DNA of 64,000 nt, taken from Faecalimonas sp. (GTDB lineage Bacteria; Bacillota; Clostridia; Lachnospirales; Lachnospiraceae). The stretch spans positions 17,914 through 81,913 of the forward strand of contig JBGVGF010000030.1 in assembly GCA_045121495.1 (NCBI GenBank), given 5' to 3'. A model generated the notes under the pieces. The model was not told where the DNA came from and made no database searches. It worked only from the letters and a program-made list of their open reading frames with translations. Every line of letters starts with the position of its first letter. The stretch's first letter is position 1. Below, in pieces: positions 38,993 to 46,969 of this stretch. The position numbers were made by a program, and so were the translations under genes.

Positions 38993-39634
38993 TTAATGCA
39001 TATATTCAGCTTCCCAGGTTGATGAACCAAAACCGCATATGATTTCTTTTATATTAGCATTGACAAGATACGGTGTCATGCTGTTTTCAGCAGCTATATA
39101 GAAACCACTTTCGTAAATTTCAGCTATTTCACCAGGTAATGGAGAATAGATTACTTCATTAGGGAGATTTACTACATAAACATTGCCTTTGATTCTGGAA
39201 CATTCATAATCTTTGATATTAAAATTTGATGGAAGATAATCATAAATTTTATCACCTTTAGGATCTAGGGAGTAGATAATGGTCTCTCCTGTTGTTTTGT
39301 TCTTTAATTCGATAACGACATCTTCATAACAATAATAGTGCTCTATATTAGCGCCCAAGACCCTTCGCACAATTTCTTCGGATGAAATGACTTCGCCAAA
39401 TTCATCTTTTTCTACAATTTTTTCGGTGTATTTAATGACATCAATATAATTATTCCAGTTTTCAGGGTTGAGTTTTACTAATTCGAGGCATTCATTAAAT
39501 CTATTGCGGTTGATACATTTTATCCCATCTCTTTCGATAACTAGGGTGTCAGCTATTGTTTGAGAAGAATCACCACAAGAACAAAGTGACAAACACATAA
39601 TTAAAGTAAATGTAATTATAATAAGTTTTTTCAT
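38993..39634 (-). CDS. Putative lipoprotein, paralogue 1
   Basis: LSLCSCG lipobox; KLNPENWNNYID...EKDEFGE motif. Confidence 0.8.
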   Translation of the reverse strand: MKKLIIITFTLIMCLSLCSCGDSSQTIADTLVIERDGIKCINRNRFNECLELVKLNPENWNNYIDVIKYTEKIVEKDEFGEVISSEEIVRRVLGANIEHYYCYEDVVIELKNKTTGETIIYSLDPKGDKIYDYLPSNFNIKDYECSRIKGNVYVVNLPNEVIYSPLPGEIAEIYESGFYIAAENSMTPYLVNANIKEIICGFGSSTWEAEYMH

Positions 39635-39768
39635 AATAATTCCTTTCTTCTAAAGTAGTCATTTGATTATAGAATATTTAAAAGAACAAGTCAAATTTGA
39701 GCGATAATAAAATAAAACAGCTTTTTCTGTTATAATGAGTAAAAGGTCAAGAGAGAAGGGAATCGATT

Positions 39769-40923
39769 ATGGAAAAGGTTTATAAAAAATTTCACAGAAA
39801 AAAGGATCAGCATTTAAACGGAACTATTGAAGCTAAACATGGAAAGCAGACAAACCAGAAGCTAAAAGCTTATGTGGTTCTCCAATATCTATTAAAGTAT
39901 TCTGATGAAAATCATGTGGCGACCGCATTTGATCTGATAGAGTTCCTGAATGAAATGGGGATTAGTGCCGAGCGCAGATCCATTTACAAAGATATAGAAG
40001 AAATCAACAAAGTTGCGTTGATGATGGAAGAAGAATGTTCTGTAGAAGAAGCAGAGGAAATGCTTGAAGATGATGAAGATGGAGAACTAAGGTTAGTTAT
40101 CTATGATAAAAGCAAAAAAGGATTTTATGTGCGTCAGCGCCACTTTGATCTTAATGATATTCGACTTCTGGCTGAATGTGTGTATTCTGCTAAATTCGTG
40201 GCAGAGGGACAGGCAAAACGTCTTGTAGATGTTGTTTGCGATTTTGTTAGTGAGTATCAGGCAGACAAGATCAGGCACAATGCTTTTCTTACAGATAGAG
40301 TAAAGACCAATAATAAAAGTGTATTAAATAATATTTCACTCATTAACGAAGCTATGAGTAAGGAAAGTGATGGACAGAAACACATTCCTGAAAAGATCAC
40401 TTTTAAATATTTAAAATATTCTCTCGATAGTATGGGGAAACAAGTGGAGCGCAGGCAGGGTGCAAAATACTGCGTTAGTCCTTATCAGTTATTGATTAAC
40501 GATGGGAACTACTATCTTCTGGCTTATGATGATTACGCAAAAGATATGAGAACTTATCGCGTGGATCGAATGAAAGGTGTTTCTTTCACAGGAGTTCCAA
40601 GAGAGGGAGAAGAAGTTTTTAGAGAAATCGATTTGAAGACTTATACACAAAGAGTGTTTTCTATGTTCGGTGGAGAAGAAAAACGTGTGGTTTTGCGCTT
40701 TATCAATCCGCTTCTGGATACAGTTGTAGATCGCTTTGGAACAAAAGATGTTTATTATAGTAAAGTTGATGATACACATTTTAGTGTATCTGCGCACGTA
40801 GAGATCAGCGATCAGTTCTTCGGTTGGCTTCTGGGATTTGGCAGAAAAGTTAAAGTGCTTGCGCCAGATGATGTTGTAGAACAGTTTAAAAAGTATATGG
40901 AACGTATTATAGAAATGTATTAA
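39769..40923 (+). CDS. WYL-domain transcriptional regulator
   Basis: N-terminal wHTH (ERRSIYKDIEEIN), VSPYQL...NYYLLAY...RTYRVDRM WYL motif, FFGWLLGFG C-terminal domain. Confidence 0.9.
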   Translation: MEKVYKKFHRKKDQHLNGTIEAKHGKQTNQKLKAYVVLQYLLKYSDENHVATAFDLIEFLNEMGISAERRSIYKDIEEINKVALMMEEECSVEEAEEMLEDDEDGELRLVIYDKSKKGFYVRQRHFDLNDIRLLAECVYSAKFVAEGQAKRLVDVVCDFVSEYQADKIRHNAFLTDRVKTNNKSVLNNISLINEAMSKESDGQKHIPEKITFKYLKYSLDSMGKQVERRQGAKYCVSPYQLLINDGNYYLLAYDDYAKDMRTYRVDRMKGVSFTGVPREGEEVFREIDLKTYTQRVFSMFGGEEKRVVLRFINPLLDTVVDRFGTKDVYYSKVDDTHFSVSAHVEISDQFFGWLLGFGRKVKVLAPDDVVEQFKKYMERIIEMY

Positions 40924-40943
40924 AGTGATATGAAACATGAATA

Positions 40944-40964
40944 AAAGATGTTAAAAAGATGTTA
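40944..40964 (-). repeat. Tandem pair AAAGATGTTA (inverted copies of TAACATCTTT)
   Basis: Copies at 40944-40953 and 40955-40964. Confidence 0.8.
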
Positions 40965-41152
40965 GAAGAAGAGTCATATTTCAGTGGGTTGGAAATTTGC
41001 CTTTTAGAACAAAGTATGTTATTTTGGAATAGGAAGAGTAGAAAGCCAACTAAATAACGAAAAAACATGTTAGCTACGTAGTGAAAAAAGGACACTTGTT
41101 CAACAAAAAGCGTGATTGGAGTAAAAAACAGTCCGCGATAGCGAAGCTATCG

Positions 41153-41318
41153 CATCCGTGCCGTAAACACAAAAGACGCTATGTCTGCAACAATCGAAGA
41201 AATTCCATACGAAATCCTTCACCATATCACATACAGAATCACACACGAAGTTCCTGGCATCAACAGAGTTCTTATGGACATGAGTCCAAAGCCAATCGCT
41301 ACAATTGAGTGGGAATAA
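41153..41318 (+). pseudogene. Second, divergent guaA 3' fragment (54 codons, in frame, no start) containing the right att repeat
   Basis: IRAVNTKDAMSATIEEIPYEILHHITYRITHEVPGINRVLMDMSPKPIATIEWE*, colinear with 31235-31400. Confidence 0.92.
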
Positions 41319-41502
41319 TCACGTTTGTCACGAAGATTAGAGATAATTTACATGCTCCACAGAGAAATTCTCTGGCGGGGCATGATCTGATTAAAAAATT
41401 ATTTTTAGAAAATATAGAACAAAGAATTAGAATGTTGCAGCAGGTCATCAAAGAAAAAGAAGCAGCATTAATTCAGAAGAAAAATAAGAGGAGGCGTCAT
41501 AT

Positions 41503-41712
41503 ATGGGAATATTTGATTTCAATGGAGATGAGAAAAAATCTGTGGTTGAACAATGGATAGAATATAATATTTATAAGGAATGCACGACAGATGATGAGTC
41601 TGATGATGACGCCTATCTTTATGATGGTGAAGAGAAAGATCATAGTTGGAGAGATTTCTGCGAGGATGGATCTGACTATGGATTATCTCCTGAAGATTAT
41701 GATAGTGAATAG
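41503..41712 (+). CDS. Small highly acidic hypothetical protein (69 aa)
   Basis: GAGGAGG RBS; D/E-rich. Confidence 0.55.
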   Translation: MGIFDFNGDEKKSVVEQWIEYNIYKECTTDDESDDDAYLYDGEEKDHSWRDFCEDGSDYGLSPEDYDSE

Positions 41713-42119
41713 GTATATGCAAGTTTAAAATTATTAAACAGGTGCAAAAATCAGATTTAGTGCATGAAATCTGTCAAGCATTGCATACTATCTCTGAGGT
41801 GACCAGAATAATGAAAGATAAACAAGAAAAGAAAGATAACGAGAAATTTAATAGCATTACTCAAAAAGTAAAACCACAAAATCAAAACCAGCATCACAAT
41901 GTTAAAAAAGAAGGTGTAGATGCAAAAAGAAGGCAAGTATAATAGGCAGGTAAAAAGACATTCCAATCGGATGTCTTTTTTATTATGGTCAATTCGGAGA
42001 GAAGTTGTAAAGGACAACCACAAATTATCATAAAGTCTTTTTTTCGACTGAAAAAATGGAATATACTATACTGACTTCAACTATAGGATAAATAACATAA
42101 AAGGAGAGAGGGAAAAGTT

Positions 42120-42650
42120 ATGCAATTTCCTAAGGGAACATTTTTAATGAGGGCAAGAGAACCGGTTGCTTCAATATATTTCCAATTATCTGGGAAGTCA
42201 ATTGTAATTCCTCTGCATTTTGTGAAACAATCGATTCAAGTGAGATATTAGTGATTCCACCAGCTTTCACAAGAATGATGGAATGCGATTTCCAACTAAC
42301 AAAAAAGTTTTGAAAGCACAAGAAAAGAAAATCTGGAGACTTGGCATCAACTGAAAAATACAACGAGTTGTATTCAGTTAGAAAGGAAGCTGGTCGCAAT
42401 GCTCTGGAAATTAGCACGAGATTTTGGATTTGAGACAGAGGAAGTGATTGAAATTGACATTAATCTATCAATTACATTTTTAGCAGATATGCTTGGAACT
42501 TCAAAAGAAACTACTTCAAGAATCTGCTCATTTCTTGTAGAAAACGGATTAATAAAGATAAATAAAAAACGAATTACAATTGTAAATTTACAAAAAATGT
42601 CATTGTTTTATAGACCAAATTTCTTGCATGATATACTTAGCCTTTTTTGA
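42120..42650 (+). pseudogene. Crp/Fnr-family regulator pseudogene
   Basis: Fragments YFQLSGKS / CETIDSSEILVIP / KIWRLG / QLKNTTS...LWKLARDFG / LGTSKETTSR lie in different frames with stops. Confidence 0.8.
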
Positions 42651-43381
42651 ATAAAATGCAGCTAATCCAACTGCAAATTTTAACTCTCTGAAAGATGTTT
42701 CTATCCCCATCACTTTCCATACAGTTCGTAAAGTTATGTCGTAATGCTTGTTTTCGTAATCTATATAATCCAAAGGAGTACTTTGAGCAATAAACTTATA
42801 TATTCTTGGATTTTGTTTGATTTCCTTTGTTTGCGATCGAGTTATTTTTAGCGGAACAGTAACATCATATTCATTCTTTTTTCTCCCTGGCTCAATTACG
42901 GCATCAATATATCTTCGAGGACAGAGATTATACATGGCATTGAGATGTAATTGATTAATATCCTTCATTGTTTATACCATGAGGAAAATAAGTATCTGTG
43001 TCTTCAGGATTATATGAAATATTAAAATCACTTCCATCACATGCAACAATGTGTAATCCATTAAACAGATGTGTCATCTCATAACTCTGATTAAACTCTT
43101 GAAAAAGAAATTCAAATGCATCTGGCAAAATCTTGCGCTCTGCGTTGGTTGAATGAAGAGAGCTACTTTCTGTCGTAAGAATAAATTTAATCACCTCACT
43201 AAAACTCCATTTCATCAATTAGTGAAAAAAGAATCTGTTTTACTTTAATAGAAAAATTCAAAGTATAATCCTCCTTTTTCTGAATATGTCAATATCCTTT
43301 TCGAATTTATTACAAAAAAAGAGCAGAACATGTATTTCATATGCTCTGCCCTGAGGGCCATTCCTTATCTAAATGACATTG
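42615..43381 (-). mobile_element. IS4-family insertion sequence remnant
   Basis: Fragments ACDGSD, NQLHLNAMY, IETSFRELK, QEIW in broken frames; end-like CAATGTCATTTAGATAAG at 43381-43364; RBS and TTG at 43261. Confidence 0.75.
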
Positions 43382-43403
43382 GTTTTTTACAGCCCCTTTT
43401 CAT

Positions 43404-45005
43404 TTATCCTAGAATTCTTTTTAAATCCGCTTCTGGTGTACTAATAGGTGCAATATTATAGTTTTCGACAAGCAATTGTAATACATTTGGTGAAATAAAT
43501 GCCGGAAGCGATGGTCCGAGTAAAATATTCTTGATACCCAAATGTAAAAGTGTCAATAAAATGCAAACTGCTTTTTGTTCATACCATGAAAGAACCATAG
43601 AGAGTGGCAGATCGTTTACGCCACATTCAAAAGCATCTGCTAAGGCCACTGCAACTTTAATTGCACTGTATGCATCATTACATTGCCCCATATCCATGAT
43701 ACGAGGGAAACCGCCGATTGTTCCAAGATCTAAATCGTTAAAACGATATTTACCACAAGCAAGAGTTAAGATAATGCTGTCAGAAGGTGCCTGTTTTACA
43801 AACTCTGTATAATAGTTTCGGCCAGGTTTCGCACCGTCACATCCACCAACGAGGAAGAAATGTTTGATAGCGCCAGTTTTCACCGTTTCGACAACTTGAT
43901 CAGCAACAGATAATACAGCATTGTGACCAAAACCAGTGATCACTTGATTGCCTCCATTCATGCCGATAAATACTTTGTCTTCTTTATAACCACCTAATTC
44001 GAGTGCCTTTTCAATGACAGGAGTGAAATCCTTATCCTCACCAATGTGTCGTATTTCTGGATAAGATACTACTTCGGTTGTAAATATGCGGTCAGCATAG
44101 CTTACTTTTGGAGGCATTAGACAGTTCGTAGTAAACAAAACCGGGGCTGGAATATTAGCAAATTCTTTTTGTTGATTTTGCCATGCGCTTCCATAATTTC
44201 CTTTCAGATGAGCATATTTTTTCAGCACTGGATAAGCGTGCGCAGGGAGCATCTCTCCATGGGTGTAGATGTTGATACCTTTGTCTTTTGTTTGCTCCAA
44301 AAGTTGTTTCAAATCATATAGATCATGTCCTGTAATGACGATAAATGGGCCTTTTTCAACATTCATTGATACTTCTGTCGGAGCCGGATTTCCAAAAGTT
44401 TCGGTATTTGCTTTGTCAAGCAAAGCCATGCATTTCAGATTCATTTCACCTACTTCCATTACAAGTGGAAGTAATTCTTCTGTTTTCCAATCATCGATAC
44501 CAATTGCAAACAGTGCTTTATGGAAAAACTTATTGATTTCAGTATCCGTATATCCTAGAACAGCCGCATGGTATGCATAAGCTGCCATACCTCGAATGCC
44601 GAAAAGAATGAGTGACTTCAGAGAACGAATATCTTCAGAAGCATTCCATAGATTTTGCAAATTGTAATCGGCATTTCTCTTACAAGGAGAAGCGCATTGA
44701 AAACAACGAGGGATTATGCGTTTCTTTTCTGCACGCACTCGTTCGATGAGTTCGGAAATAGCATTATTGTCAAAGCTTACATTTGTAAGAGTAGCAAATA
44801 ATCCTTCGATGATGATTCTGTCTGTGGAATCAGATACTCTGCTAGGACTTCCATCAGCAGCACGAACAAGCCCAATTAAGTAACCTGTAAGTTTATCCTG
44901 CAACATGGCAGTATCTTCCTTTTTCCCACAGGCTCCTGCAGCACCTGTGCAGCCAGCACAGCCTGCAGTCTGTTCACACTGAAAACAAAACATTTTTTTA
45001 TCCAT
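43404..45005 (-). CDS. hcp: Hydroxylamine reductase (hybrid-cluster protein)
   Basis: MFCFQCEQT, TGHD, THGEM, GGCDG, LACGKYRFN, GQCND, WYEQKA. Confidence 0.95.
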   Translation of the reverse strand: MDKKMFCFQCEQTAGCAGCTGAAGACGKKEDTAMLQDKLTGYLIGLVRAADGSPSRVSDSTDRIIIEGLFATLTNVSFDNNAISELIERVRAEKKRIIPRCFQCASPCKRNADYNLQNLWNASEDIRSLKSLILFGIRGMAAYAYHAAVLGYTDTEINKFFHKALFAIGIDDWKTEELLPLVMEVGEMNLKCMALLDKANTETFGNPAPTEVSMNVEKGPFIVITGHDLYDLKQLLEQTKDKGINIYTHGEMLPAHAYPVLKKYAHLKGNYGSAWQNQQKEFANIPAPVLFTTNCLMPPKVSYADRIFTTEVVSYPEIRHIGEDKDFTPVIEKALELGGYKEDKVFIGMNGGNQVITGFGHNAVLSVADQVVETVKTGAIKHFFLVGGCDGAKPGRNYYTEFVKQAPSDSIILTLACGKYRFNDLDLGTIGGFPRIMDMGQCNDAYSAIKVAVALADAFECGVNDLPLSMVLSWYEQKAVCILLTLLHLGIKNILLGPSLPAFISPNVLQLLVENYNIAPISTPEADLKRILG

Positions 45006-45025
45006 TTAAAGATCCTCCAATATAT

Positions 45026-45718
45026 TTAGTTTAAAATATCACCTTCTGTAGAAATTGTCACAACATTCCAAGGAATAGATTTTCCACTTGCTTCAAGTGC
45101 TCTTTCTACAGCGTATTCAATACCGCCGCAGCAAGGTACTTCCATTCGAACCACTGTGATATCTTTGATGTTATTTCTTGCAATGATTTCTGAAATTTTT
45201 TCAGCATAATCTACCGCATCCAGTTTTGGACATCCAATTAAAGTAATACGGTTGCGCATAAAATCATTGTGGAAATTTCCGTATGAATAGGCAGTACAAT
45301 CGGCTGCGATTAATAATTCTGCTTCGTCAAAATAAGGAGCAGCGACAGGAACAAGCTTGATTTGTACTGGCCAATTTGACAATTGACTTCCAACTGTTGT
45401 CGATGCATTTACTGGTGTATCGTTGTGAGAAATTGTTTTCGATTTTGTACCAGGACAACTGCAAGAAGTTTTCTGTGCTTTTAGTAATTTTGCCTTTTCT
45501 ACAGCGGCTTCATCGTATGCCGGGGCTTCTCGCATTTCAAATGAAATCGCATTTGTTGGACAGGCCGGTAAACAATCTCCCAGACCGTCGCAATAATTTT
45601 CGCGAGTCAATTTTGCCTTGCCATCAATCATATCAATTGCACCTTCATGACAGGCAGATGCACAGGCACCGCATCCATTGCAGAGTTCTTCGTTTATTTT
45701 TATGATTTTTCTTAACAT
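45026..45718 (-). CDS. 4Fe-4S ferredoxin-like protein (hcp-associated)
   Basis: CNGCGACASAC, CDGLGDCLPACP, NWPVQIKL, GCPKLD, MEVPCC. Confidence 0.88.
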   Translation of the reverse strand: MLRKIIKINEELCNGCGACASACHEGAIDMIDGKAKLTRENYCDGLGDCLPACPTNAISFEMREAPAYDEAAVEKAKLLKAQKTSCSCPGTKSKTISHNDTPVNASTTVGSQLSNWPVQIKLVPVAAPYFDEAELLIAADCTAYSYGNFHNDFMRNRITLIGCPKLDAVDYAEKISEIIARNNIKDITVVRMEVPCCGGIEYAVERALEASGKSIPWNVVTISTEGDILN

Positions 45719-45792
45719 ATACATTTCCTCCCAAATCATCATGTTAGTTTTGTGTTTATGAGGATATTCTAGTATAATAAAAAGAAAAAATA

Positions 45793-45808
45793 TGTTGAAA
45801 TTTCAACA
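45793..45808. promoter_or_regulatory. Perfect palindrome TGTTGAAATTTCAACA, probable HcpR-type site
   Basis: Between divergent ferredoxin-hcp and Crp/Fnr genes. Confidence 0.6.
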
Positions 45809-45821
45809 AACGGAGAATTTT

Positions 45822-46481
45822 ATGAAAAAATATTTGGCGATTATAAAAAAATGTGCACTCTTTGAAAATGTTGAAGATGAAAACTTGATAGCAATATTGG
45901 GATGTCTTGGAGCGAAGATCACGCAATATAAAAAAAATGAAACAATCATGAAGGAAGGAACACCAGCAAGACAGATAGGGATTGTTCTCACAGGAGAAGT
46001 GCAGATTGTAAGAAATGATTATTACGGAAATCGGAGTATTGTTACGAATGTAGAGCCGGCACAGATATTTGGAGAATCTTTCGCATGTGCAGGAGTCAAG
46101 GAAATGCCGGTTGATGTGATAGCCACCACAGATACGGATGTGATGATGATAGATTGTTATAGAATTACGAATTCATGTTGCAAGGCATGCGTTTTCCATA
46201 GTCAAATTATTTTTAATCTTATGAAAGTAGTTGCTGTAAAGAATCTTGTCTTCCATCAAAAGATAGAGATTATTTCAAAACGCACTACAAGAGAGAAACT
46301 TATGACTTATCTGCTTTCCCAGGCAAAGAAGAATGGAAGCAGAAGTTTTTATATTCCATATGACAGGCAGGAACTTGCTGATTATCTGGAAGTAGAAAGA
46401 AGCGGATTGTCGGCGGAAATCAGTAAGATGCGTAAGGAAGGAATCATCGAAAATAAAAAAAATTATTTTCAATTACTGTGA
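45822..46481 (+). CDS. Crp/Fnr-family regulator (HcpR-like)
   Basis: FGESFAC, TTREKLM, RQELADYLEVERSGLSAEISK; divergent from hcp. Confidence 0.88.
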   Translation: MKKYLAIIKKCALFENVEDENLIAILGCLGAKITQYKKNETIMKEGTPARQIGIVLTGEVQIVRNDYYGNRSIVTNVEPAQIFGESFACAGVKEMPVDVIATTDTDVMMIDCYRITNSCCKACVFHSQIIFNLMKVVAVKNLVFHQKIEIISKRTTREKLMTYLLSQAKKNGSRSFYIPYDRQELADYLEVERSGLSAEISKMRKEGIIENKKNYFQLL

Positions 46482-46604
46482 TGAATATTTTCAAACTAAA
46501 AACGGATTAAAGTTTTCACGATTCTCTTAAGAAAATCTAAAATCAGTTGACAAAATCTGGAAGAAATTTATAATTACATGCAAATACTAATGGAAGGTGA
46601 TTGT

Positions 46605-46733
46605 ATGAAAGAAAAATTTAGATATATATTAACATCGGGATTTGCGAAAGTGGCAGCGTGGGTGATTTTTATTTTTTGTGCAACACTCATGCTGTTTCGA
46701 AAGAACAGACATAAGGAAATAGAGAATAAATAA
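46605..46733 (+). CDS. Small single-TM protein (42 aa, not in ORF track)
   Basis: Own TTGACA-16-TATAAT promoter (46547-46574), GAAGGTG RBS, terminator at 46740-46768. Confidence 0.6.
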   Translation: MKEKFRYILTSGFAKVAAWVIFIFCATLMLFRKNRHKEIENK

Positions 46734-46739
46734 ATTGCG

Positions 46740-46768
46740 AAAGAACTGTTGAAGCAGTTCTTTTTTTG
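46740..46768 (+). terminator. Intrinsic terminator
   Basis: AAAGAACTG / CAGTTCTTT plus T run. Confidence 0.8.
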
Positions 46769-46782
46769 TTAAAACAAAATTG

Positions 46783-46836
46783 TTGACAAATTATGGAATA
46801 GGAAGTATTATAACGATAACCTACTTAAATGGTAGG
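46783..46836 (+). promoter_or_regulatory. metY promoter with CCTAC-N7-GTAGG palindrome at the start site
   Basis: TTGACA-17-TATTAT; palindrome at 46820-46836. Confidence 0.7.
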
Positions 46837-46851
46837 GATTAGGAGGGCGTT

Positions 46852-46920
46852 ATGAACTTTCATTTTGAAAAACTGGTTAGAGCTAATTTCCGTTTTGGAC
46901 GAATGTGCATCAGATTATAA
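46852..46920 (+). CDS. Putative 22-aa leader peptide MNFHFEKLVRANFRFGRMCIRL
   Basis: Strong AGGAGG RBS inside the metY leader. Confidence 0.45.
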   Translation: MNFHFEKLVRANFRFGRMCIRL

Positions 46921-46969
46921 AGATAACATTTAAACTTCACATTTTGTACAAAGAAAGGAAATAATAATT

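Larger units (their letters stand above)
31359..41318. mobile_element. Integrative element in the 3' end of guaA (9,918-bp unit)
   Basis: 42-bp and 19-bp direct repeats at identical offset 9918; integrase next to left end; small unknown ORFs, resolvase, WYL regulator. Confidence 0.9.

Noticed and set aside
41081-41560. ORF-track entries 41081-41308 and 41309-41560
   Set aside because: The first is the wrong frame over the guaA fragment; the second starts inside the att repeat without an RBS. Probably spurious or remnant.
46812-46969. SAM (S-box) or T-box riboswitch upstream of metY
   Set aside because: Neither consensus nor a terminator is present.
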